DNA of 64,000 nt from Fidelibacterota bacterium (GTDB taxonomy: Bacteria; Fidelibacterota; UBA8477; JABMPR01): assembly GCA_016845065.1 (NCBI GenBank), contig JAERTG010000050.1, forward strand, positions 129,948 through 193,947, given 5' to 3'. A program made the position numbers and the translations under genes. The stretch's first letter is position 1. Each line of letters begins with the position of its first letter. Positions 48,638-56,943 of this stretch are shown in pieces. A model generated the notes under the pieces. The model was given only the letters and a program-made list of their open reading frames with translations. It had not been told where the DNA came from and did no database searches.

Positions 48638-49666
48638 ATGACCTTTGATGAGTTATATCTGAAGATGAAGAATTTAATGAAAACATTGTTAAGTGGGATG
48701 TCGCTCCTGATAATCCTGGGAAGCTGTAGCGATATGGGTGAACCAGAGATTCTGTTACCACAGATGGAAGTAGAAACAACCCTAATTGATTTCTCTACTG
48801 TAACCATTGGATCTCCCCAAACGAGACAGATTCTGATTGTTAATACTGGTGAAGGTGAGCTTAAGGGTGACTTGAGTCTGGTTCAGGACAGTTCTGTATA
48901 TGCACTTCAGCCCAACGGCGCATTTACTCTATCCAATGATGACACTCTGGTAGCTGAATTATCTTTTACTCCTTCTGCTGAATTTACATATACTGCTCAA
49001 ATTATAATCAGCAGTGACGACCTGGGAAATCCTGAACATGTAGTTGATCTTAACGGCGTGGGCACAGCCTTACCCGTACCAGCACTGACCGTTTCAAGCA
49101 CCAGCTTGAATTTTGGAACCATACTGACTGATAGTAGTAGCCAACAGCAAATCACTCTTAGTAGTACAGGAAATGATACCTTGTTGATTTCATCAATTGC
49201 TTTTGACCTGTCTGCTTATCGTGTTGATGTGGGCACACCACTCGAACTGATTCCTGGTGCTTCGCAAACTCTGACTATCACCTTTCATTCTGATGAAGCA
49301 GGAACCTTTAATGGGAACCTTTCTATTGTATCAAATAGCCCATCCACACCGGATGTTGTCTCACTCTCAGGCGTGACGGAAGCAGCTGTGAGTTATGCAG
49401 CAGCGATCCAGCCAGTTTGGGACGCCAGTTGTGGTGGGTGCCATGGTTCAAATGGTGGATTAAATTTAACATCGTATAATAATCTCATGTTGGGAACCTC
49501 TTCCAACGGACCTGCTGTGATTCCTTTTGATGGTGCAAATAGTTTGATCATCAGACGAATTGATGGGACAACTGGTGGACTTATGCCACAGGGCGGTCCT
49601 TCTCTCTCAGCAAGTACCATTGCTACAATTGAAACGTGGATCAACCAGGGAGCGCTAAACAATTGA
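48638..49666 (+). CDS. Lipoprotein with Ig-like (HYDIN/ASH-type) repeats and a C-terminal PSCyt1-type mono-heme cytochrome c domain
   Basis: Likely start MKTLLSGMSLLIILGSCSD at 48677. Heme-binding CGGCHG, followed by the pattern ...GGLNL...GPAVIPFDGANSLI...GGLMPQGGPSLS...IETWINQGA typical of the Planctomycete cytochrome C domain. Confidence 0.6.
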   Translation: MTFDELYLKMKNLMKTLLSGMSLLIILGSCSDMGEPEILLPQMEVETTLIDFSTVTIGSPQTRQILIVNTGEGELKGDLSLVQDSSVYALQPNGAFTLSNDDTLVAELSFTPSAEFTYTAQIIISSDDLGNPEHVVDLNGVGTALPVPALTVSSTSLNFGTILTDSSSQQQITLSSTGNDTLLISSIAFDLSAYRVDVGTPLELIPGASQTLTITFHSDEAGTFNGNLSIVSNSPSTPDVVSLSGVTEAAVSYAAAIQPVWDASCGGCHGSNGGLNLTSYNNLMLGTSSNGPAVIPFDGANSLIIRRIDGTTGGLMPQGGPSLSASTIATIETWINQGALNN

Positions 49667-50754
49667 AATTACTTATTCGAATTACTCTCATTAGTCTAAC
49701 TACTGCTAGTCTTTTCGCACTTCCCAGGTTTGCCATGATGGAGGAAGTCAGTTGTGGAACCTGTCATTCCTACCAGGGTGGTGGTGGCAACAGGACTGCG
49801 TATGGAGAAGAATATGCCCGAGAAAGTCTAATCATGCGAGATTTCTCACTGCCCTGGGAGAATGAGGACAATGATTTCCCCGTTTATTTTGGTGCAGATA
49901 CAAGATATCAAATGATTGCTCAGGCAGATGAAGACCTGAGGCAGTTTCCCATGCAGTTTTCACTCTATGGTGGGGTTGAACTGGGTAGTCTCATCGCGCA
50001 TGCTGAAGTTTCCAGGATATCTGAGGAAATTAGAGTAGCGGGTGGTCTCAGGTATGAGGAGTTGCCACTTGAGAGTTGGGTTGGTCTGGCCAAGGCAATG
50101 CCGGTCTTGGGATGGAGGATAGATGATCATAGCATTTTTACCCGCGGTGGCAACCTGACACTCCAGGGCCTTTCCCGTGAGGGCATGCCGTATACTCCAT
50201 TTATGGAATCACCTGAAATGGTTCAGTTTGGAACTTCCTTCATCTATGGATTTGATCTAACGTTCATGGCAGGTACTCCATTTATTGATCCGACCAGGAC
50301 ACTCGATGCCAAGCTCTTTAAGGCTGCGAAAATGAATTACCAACTATCTGGAGATCTTTTTTCAGCCCAGATAGGTCTGGCATATTTTGACGAGAATGAT
50401 CTGATAAGCGGATCCGTTGCCAGCTGGGGTTTGTCTAGTCATGGATTTGTCTGGTTGGGTGAGTGGTCTCAAATGAATGGATGGATACAACCTGAAATCA
50501 CCAACTTAGCCACGATGCATCAATTGAGTTACCGCTTATTTCAGGGTTTGGATCTGGTTGGGCGCTATGAATTTTTTGATCCTGACGTTGATCTTACCAC
50601 TGGTGCCATCCAGCGAACCAGTCTGGGTGTAGAGTTTTTTCCTCTTCGAAGTGTAGAGATGAAATTGAGTTATCGGACCAGCACGCTAGATTTACCTGAT
50701 AGCAGTCCTGATTCCGAATCACAGATATTGAGTCAGATTCACTTCTATCTCTAG
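49636..50754 (+). CDS. Putative outer-membrane beta-barrel protein with an N-terminal CXXCH heme motif
   Basis: Probable TTG start at 49663 (in frame), giving the signal peptide KLLIRITLISLTTASLFA. CGTCHS lies just after the signal. Amphipathic beta-strands run to the C-terminus (...LSQIHFYL). Confidence 0.5.
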   Translation: MDQPGSAKQLKLLIRITLISLTTASLFALPRFAMMEEVSCGTCHSYQGGGGNRTAYGEEYARESLIMRDFSLPWENEDNDFPVYFGADTRYQMIAQADEDLRQFPMQFSLYGGVELGSLIAHAEVSRISEEIRVAGGLRYEELPLESWVGLAKAMPVLGWRIDDHSIFTRGGNLTLQGLSREGMPYTPFMESPEMVQFGTSFIYGFDLTFMAGTPFIDPTRTLDAKLFKAAKMNYQLSGDLFSAQIGLAYFDENDLISGSVASWGLSSHGFVWLGEWSQMNGWIQPEITNLATMHQLSYRLFQGLDLVGRYEFFDPDVDLTTGAIQRTSLGVEFFPLRSVEMKLSYRTSTLDLPDSSPDSESQILSQIHFYL

Positions 50755-50800
50755 CTACAATCTGGTCCGCCAACTTCTCTATCAGGCTGGTGTAAGTATT

Positions 50801-51856
50801 CTATTTCTGCAGGGAAATGCGTGGTTCAGCGCTTGAATTGCTGATTTCGCCAATAATTGTAGCCTCACTAACATCATTGGCATGAAGATCTTCAATGAAG
50901 GCTTCGGCATGGGTCGCTGGGATACTTACCAGTAGACCGCCAGAAGTCTGGGGATCAACTACCAATAATTCTTCCAATCTGTTGACATTCACTCCAACCG
51001 ACAACCGAGGTTTGTAGAAGGCGTGATTGTTTTTTAACCCACCTGGCACCACTTTTTGTTCAGCGTAATCATAGGTTCCTGGGAGGACAGGAAGTTGGTC
51101 TATAAATATTTTTGCATCCATAAAGCTGGAATCCAACATTTCCAGCAAGTGACCAACCAAACCATAGCCTGTCACATCGGTCATGGCATTTACATTGTAT
51201 TTCGCCACCACATCGGCTGCATACTTATTCAATTTGATCATGCTTGCAATCATGGAGTCCAGCTGATCGGGAGCGATTATCTTGCGTTTCAACGCTGTGG
51301 CAACAATCCCAGTACCCAGAGGCTTGGTGAGAACCAGTACATCTCCAGGTTGAGCTCCACCATTCGAAATAATTTTGTCAGGGTGGACTACTCCTGTGAC
51401 AGAGAGTCCATATTTTAACTCATCATCCTTTATTGAATGCCCCCCTGCAAGTACCGCACCTGATTCGTTGATCTTACTCAGACCTCCACGCAGAATATCT
51501 CGCAGCACGGAATTGTCCATATCATCCACAGGGAAACCAACGATGTTCAATGCAGTAATGGGTTTAGCACCCATGGCATAGAGATCACTAAATGCATTAG
51601 CTGCAGTGATTTGTCCAAATGTGAATGGATCATCCACAATAGGTGTAAAGAAGTCTAAAGATTGGACAACAGCAATGTCCTCACTCACCTTGAAAGCAGA
51701 GCTGTCATCGCGATGGTCAATCCCTACGAGCAGGTCGGGATGTGATGGAATATCAATCCCGCAAAGTATGTCGTCCAGGTCCCCTGGACCGATTTTACCT
51801 GCTCAGCCAGCGGCCTTGACTTTTGCGGTTAGATTTATTTCTAAGCTTCTTGTCAT
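50801..51856 (-). CDS. selD: Selenophosphate synthetase (selenide, water dikinase), selenocysteine-containing form with in-frame TGA at 51803..51805
   Basis: The ORF track starts at 51688. Manual translation upstream gives MTRSLEINLTAKVKAAG-U-AGKIGPGDLDDIL..., which aligns with the E. coli SHGAGCGCKISP region and places TGA (Sec) at Cys17. The rest matches SelD along its length. Confidence 0.85.
51773..51789 (-). promoter_or_regulatory. SECIS-like hairpin, 13 nt 3' of the selD UGA
   Basis: Perfect inverted repeat GUCCAGG-GGA-CCUGGAC on the mRNA. The plus strand reads gtccaggtcccctggac. Confidence 0.55.
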
Positions 51857-51957
51857 CTACAGAAAATAAGCAGAGCAATTCAGCAGCCAATGCCAAAAGC
51901 TAGCTGATTTGATTGTTTTAGTATTGAATTCCCAGGACACTTATCCTAAGATCACAG

Positions 51958-53793
51958 ATGCATAAAATTGTAAAGATCCTCTTAACCGTCATGGTCTCAT
52001 TCCTTTTGCTCATTCAGTGTACTCCTACCTCTGATCCGGTGAAGGCTGATATCATGTACTTTTTGCTGATTGATCGTTTTGTAGATGGCGACCCCAAGAA
52101 TAATTGGGGAACTAATCCTCGAAGCTACCAACCTTATGATGGAAGTAATCCAGAAGCTTTGAAGGCTTATCAAGGTGGGGATCTCCTTGGTGTAACAAAT
52201 TCTTTGGATAGCCTTAAGACTTTGGGGATCAGTATGATCTGGATATCCCCATTTATAGACAATTCAAATACAGACTATGTAGGTTGGTGGCCCTATCATG
52301 GCTATCATCCGATTGATTTCTATAAAGTGGATGAACACTTTGGGACTCTGGAGGATTTGAAAAATTTAGTAGATGAAGCTCATTTAAGAGACATGAAAAT
52401 CATATTTGATATGCCTTTTAACCAAACAGCAGCTGATCACCCATGGATTGATGATGAGAGCAAAAAGAACTGGTTCCATGCAGATGAGCAGGGTAAACCA
52501 TTTGCCATAACAGATTGGCAAAACCAGGATCAAATAGAGCGTGGTGAGTTACATGGCCTACCCGATCTTGCCCAGGAAAATGTGGATGTGAGCAATTATT
52601 TATTTGAGGTGTCGAAATACTGGATCGAAGAGACTGGATGTGATGGTTTCCGTTTGGATGCTGTCAAACATGCACCTATAAGTTTCTGGAAAAACTACAC
52701 AAAACAGATTCGAGAGCTGGCAGGTAAGGACTTTTTACTTTTTGGTGAGGTTTTCTGGGGTGAAGCCTGGAGAATTGAACCCTATGATAATATTGGTTTT
52801 GACTATCTCTTCGATATTCCAGGTTATTACGCCATCCGCAATACTTTCAATAAAGGAGCTGGTCTGGGAGACTTCTCAAGATTTTATGAGATAAATTCTG
52901 CAAAACTACCAAATACTAGTTTTGCTACACTCATAGATAATCATGATGTTGCCCGATTTAATGTAGATCTAGAAGATAAGGCCTGGGAAAAGCAACTACT
53001 GGCATTGGGTTGGCTAATGACAGCGCCAGGATTGCCGGTTATTTACTCCGGAACTGAGATAGGGATGAAGGGCTACTCCGTGGACGAGGTGAGTAGTGAA
53101 TCTCAAGACTATTTAAATCGTTTGCCGTACCCACAATCATTTTCAAATGAACAGATACTTCGTAGAAAAGAGTTTATTAAACTTACAAACCTTCGTAGCA
53201 ATCATGGTGCGCTGAGTCATGGTGAATTTAGGGAACTGTACAAGGATTGGTCAATATATGCCTATATAAGAACCCAGGGGGAGGAGAACATTTTGACCTG
53301 CTTGAATAATGCAAGCACCCAGGAATTTATCTCGATTCCCATTCCTCAAGGTATGGCTGTCTCTCAGACGCATAAAATATATGGAGAAGGAGTCATTCGT
53401 CATGAGGAGGCTGAGTTACTGCTCCGACTCCCACCAAATGCTATGTCAGTTTGGGCATTTGAGGGCGAAATAAGTAGCGATTTGCCTACATGGGTTGGAT
53501 TTACAGATAGACTTTCGTCTGATTATCAGGTGAAAGAATTGTACTATATAGATAGGGATGAAAGTGTTAATCAGCTCCAGGTTGCTGGAGATTTCAGCAA
53601 CTGGACAGCAGGTGATTATTCAACTAGCAGGATAGGTGATAGCCTGTTGATTGAGGTTCCCTTAAAACCGGGAAGGTATCATTATAAATTAATCCTTAAC
53701 GGAGATACATGGATTGCTGATCCACATGCCGCAGAATCCACAACGGATCCCTATGGTGGAACCAATAGCATAATGGTGGTTTCTTCACCCTGA
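51958..53793 (+). CDS. GH13-family alpha-amylase lipoprotein with C-terminal CBM48/E-set-like glycogen-binding domain
   Basis: Lipobox LLIQCTP. GH13 regions DRFVDGD, GFRLDAVKH, FGEVFWGE, and IDNHDVARF. The C-terminal ~90 aa form a beta-sandwich reading ...VAGDFSNWT...GRYHYKLILNGDTWIADP. Confidence 0.85.
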   Translation: MHKIVKILLTVMVSFLLLIQCTPTSDPVKADIMYFLLIDRFVDGDPKNNWGTNPRSYQPYDGSNPEALKAYQGGDLLGVTNSLDSLKTLGISMIWISPFIDNSNTDYVGWWPYHGYHPIDFYKVDEHFGTLEDLKNLVDEAHLRDMKIIFDMPFNQTAADHPWIDDESKKNWFHADEQGKPFAITDWQNQDQIERGELHGLPDLAQENVDVSNYLFEVSKYWIEETGCDGFRLDAVKHAPISFWKNYTKQIRELAGKDFLLFGEVFWGEAWRIEPYDNIGFDYLFDIPGYYAIRNTFNKGAGLGDFSRFYEINSAKLPNTSFATLIDNHDVARFNVDLEDKAWEKQLLALGWLMTAPGLPVIYSGTEIGMKGYSVDEVSSESQDYLNRLPYPQSFSNEQILRRKEFIKLTNLRSNHGALSHGEFRELYKDWSIYAYIRTQGEENILTCLNNASTQEFISIPIPQGMAVSQTHKIYGEGVIRHEEAELLLRLPPNAMSVWAFEGEISSDLPTWVGFTDRLSSDYQVKELYYIDRDESVNQLQVAGDFSNWTAGDYSTSRIGDSLLIEVPLKPGRYHYKLILNGDTWIADPHAAESTTDPYGGTNSIMVVSSP

Positions 53794-54039
53794 TTTTACA
53801 AACCCCTCAAATGTTGACTGATGAATTATTAATTGATCAATCAATTCTCTTCGGACCCAATTTTGTTGTGCGTATAAAGTGTTGTCCAAACACTGCCTTA
53901 CTCTCCTTGGGTTTTCTCAAAATTGTTGATAAGGTGTATGGAAATATTGTTGACAAGGGTAGGGGGGAACCATAAATTGAAGAAACGTAACTCAGGAAAG
54001 GGTTACTAAAATTAAAAGCATGGGGTTAAGTTGTTTCTG

Positions 54040-56943
54040 ATGACTAGATTTTTTCGCATTTTACTCCGTCTAATTACAGTAGCGTATCTTGTGAGTTCCT
54101 TTTCGATTGCTGGTACAACTGGTAAAATCTCTGGTACAGTAAGAGATGCAGAAAGTCTCGAAGGCCTCATTGGATGTAATGTTATCGTTGACAAAACACG
54201 GTTTGGAGCCTCTGTGGACCTTGATGGGAGTTTTTATATTATTGGCCTCGAACCTGGAGAGTATTCACTCACTGCTACCATGATTGGATATCAACAAGTT
54301 CGCCTATCTGAAGTACAGGTGCGTGCTGATCTAACAACCAATGTGGAGTTTGAACTACCATCAACTATTCTGATGTCAAGCGAAGTGGTTGAAGTTGTCG
54401 CGAAACGTGAAACTATCGTAAAGGATTTAACTGCCACCTCGGCTATCGTGTCATCTGAACAGATCGCCTCAATGCCAGTGACTGATATGGGGGATATCAT
54501 TAACCTCCAAGCTGGAATGGTTGATGGTCACATGCGGGGGGGACGCTCAGGTGAGGTTGCATATTGGATCGATGGCATCCCTGTTACTGATGTTTATGAT
54601 GGTGGTCAAATGTTTGAAGTATCCAAGGACTTAATCCAGGAGCTTCAGGTTATCTCAGGTGCTTTTAACGCTGAATATGGTCAGGCAATGTCAGGTATTG
54701 TCAATGTAACGACTAAAACCGGATACAAGGACTGGGGGGGTAATCTATCAGTCTACACAGGAGACTATCTGAGCCGTCATAATGAACTCTATATGGGTAT
54801 TGATGAGTTCAATCCCATTACCATCAAGAATCTCGACCTCTCCCTTCATGGCCCCATTATAAAAGACAAATTAGATATTAGCATTTCTCTCAGGGATGTT
54901 TATTGGCAAGGATGGCTCAATGGCCGGCACCAATTTAATCCTTGGGCTGTTCCGGTTATTGGATTCGATGGTTTAACCTCTCTGGGAGTCGATGCCCAAC
55001 TGGATTCACTCGTGACGAGTGTTTTTACAGAAATACCTGATCAGGGACCCATGAGTGATGATGAATACGCTGCTCTGAAAGACAGTCTCTTTGCGGATGG
55101 ATATGCAAAAGTTCATGGAAATCATTTGGATTCCATGGGTGATGGTGAATACAAACCCATGCAATGGAATCATCGTCAATTTTATCATGGACGTGTAAAC
55201 TGGTATCTATCCCCAGGATTAAGGTTGTCCTTTCAAGGCTCCTATACTGATGTTACCTATCAGGATTATGAGCGATCCTATCGATTAAATCCTTATGGCG
55301 ATTTGACCCGACAGACTCAAAGCTATAATTACCTTGCAAAATTGATGCACAGTTTGAACACGAACAGCTATTATTCTATTGGTCTTTCGAGGGCTACTAA
55401 AACATACTTCCATTATAACGCTGATGATTATGTTGTGTATGATGAAATGGGAGCCCCCATGCATTCGTACGCTTTTCCAACTTCCGGTACAAACAATGGG
55501 CGATTTAATAGAGTGAGTCTCACAGACCTCATCAAGATCGATTATGTGAATCAACTGACTTCTCATCACCAAATGAAAGCTGGAATTGAATACCGTCAAC
55601 ACTTGCTAACGCTTCAGGACAGTACCTTGCAGCCTCCTTCTGATAAAACCACTCTCAATCCAGTCTTTGATGATCCTCGCATTGCCGATCCTCGTATCCT
55701 TGATATTTCCACCATTTATAACAGTCAGTACGAACACCAACCCATTGAATTCTCAGCATACATTCAGGATAAAATCGAACTCAAGGAACTCATCATTAAT
55801 ATCGGTGTGCGTATGGATTACTTCAAACCAGATGGTCATGTCTTAGCTGATCCATCTGATCCTAGCATTTACGAACCACTTCGATTGAATAACATCTACC
55901 ATGATACTGATAGCGATGGTGTTTATGGTAATGAAAGTGATGCGCTTAAAACTGTGGCTGAGCGAAGTGAATATTGGTATGTGGCAGCCGAAGATAAAGT
56001 GCAGATTAGTCCAAGATTCGGAGCAAGTTTCCCAGTGACTGATAAGGGTGTGATTCATGTTTCCTATGGCCATTTCCTGCAGATTCCTCGGTTTGAACAT
56101 CTCTATCGCAACCCTGATTTTGATCTGGACAGTGGAACTGGGAACATTGGTGTCATAGGAAATGCAGACTTAAAGCCTGAAAAAACAATTTCAGGAGAAA
56201 TCGGAGTTACACAGGAAATTATGGACGGTGTGAGTCTTGATTTGACTGGCTACTTTAGAGATATCCGTAATTTGATTGGGACGAACTCTGAACAGATTGA
56301 AATTTTTGGTGGATCAGCCTTTTACAGCAAAATTGAAAACAGTGATTTTGCATATGTGAAGGGCATGGTGCTGGCATTGAACTATTACAATTCGAACGGA
56401 ATATCTGGCAACATTGATTACACCTTCCAGGTAGCTGAAGGAACTGCGTCTGATGCGGAAGAGGCCAGAAATTCCGTAACAGGTGGAGCTGAGCCAGGCA
56501 TCTATATTCGAGCTCTTAATTGGGATCAAAGGCACACTGTGAATCTGTCAGTAAACTATAATGCAGCATTTTGGGGTGTAAGTACCATCGGAGCCATGGG
56601 CAGCGGTCTACCCTATACACCGAATCTAGCTGCTGAAAATACACTTCTGACAAATAGCGCAACCAAGCCAATCACTCTTAATCTCGATTTGAACATTTAC
56701 TACAAATTCAAAGTGTTCAACAAAGAAAGTCAAGTATTCTTGAGAGTTCAAAATGTCCTGGATCATTTGAATCAATCGGGTGTCTATGATAAGACAGGAG
56801 TGGCAGATTTTACTCCAGATGAGCAACAAGTTAGAAACCTCAATGTAGATGAGTCCGTGAATACTGTTGAAGAGTGGTTCCGCAACGAAACTTTCTACTC
56901 TGAACCGCGACGCATTGAATTGGGATTGGGGCTTAATTTCTGA
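54040..56943 (+). CDS. TonB-dependent outer-membrane receptor (SusC-like, CarbopepD_reg N-domain)
   Basis: Signal peptide. The N-domain GKISGTVRDAESLEGLIGCNVIVDKTRFGASVDLDGSFYI. Plug and barrel. Ends ...LGLGLNF. Its stop overlaps the next gene's ATG (TGATG). Confidence 0.85.
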   Translation: MTRFFRILLRLITVAYLVSSFSIAGTTGKISGTVRDAESLEGLIGCNVIVDKTRFGASVDLDGSFYIIGLEPGEYSLTATMIGYQQVRLSEVQVRADLTTNVEFELPSTILMSSEVVEVVAKRETIVKDLTATSAIVSSEQIASMPVTDMGDIINLQAGMVDGHMRGGRSGEVAYWIDGIPVTDVYDGGQMFEVSKDLIQELQVISGAFNAEYGQAMSGIVNVTTKTGYKDWGGNLSVYTGDYLSRHNELYMGIDEFNPITIKNLDLSLHGPIIKDKLDISISLRDVYWQGWLNGRHQFNPWAVPVIGFDGLTSLGVDAQLDSLVTSVFTEIPDQGPMSDDEYAALKDSLFADGYAKVHGNHLDSMGDGEYKPMQWNHRQFYHGRVNWYLSPGLRLSFQGSYTDVTYQDYERSYRLNPYGDLTRQTQSYNYLAKLMHSLNTNSYYSIGLSRATKTYFHYNADDYVVYDEMGAPMHSYAFPTSGTNNGRFNRVSLTDLIKIDYVNQLTSHHQMKAGIEYRQHLLTLQDSTLQPPSDKTTLNPVFDDPRIADPRILDISTIYNSQYEHQPIEFSAYIQDKIELKELIINIGVRMDYFKPDGHVLADPSDPSIYEPLRLNNIYHDTDSDGVYGNESDALKTVAERSEYWYVAAEDKVQISPRFGASFPVTDKGVIHVSYGHFLQIPRFEHLYRNPDFDLDSGTGNIGVIGNADLKPEKTISGEIGVTQEIMDGVSLDLTGYFRDIRNLIGTNSEQIEIFGGSAFYSKIENSDFAYVKGMVLALNYYNSNGISGNIDYTFQVAEGTASDAEEARNSVTGGAEPGIYIRALNWDQRHTVNLSVNYNAAFWGVSTIGAMGSGLPYTPNLAAENTLLTNSATKPITLNLDLNIYYKFKVFNKESQVFLRVQNVLDHLNQSGVYDKTGVADFTPDEQQVRNLNVDESVNTVEEWFRNETFYSEPRRIELGLGLNF

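Noticed and set aside
51606-51869. 87-aa plus-strand ORF
   Set aside because: It lies antisense to the true N-terminus of selD (including the Sec codon). The selD reading on the minus strand aligns residue-for-residue with SelD, so this ORF is spurious.
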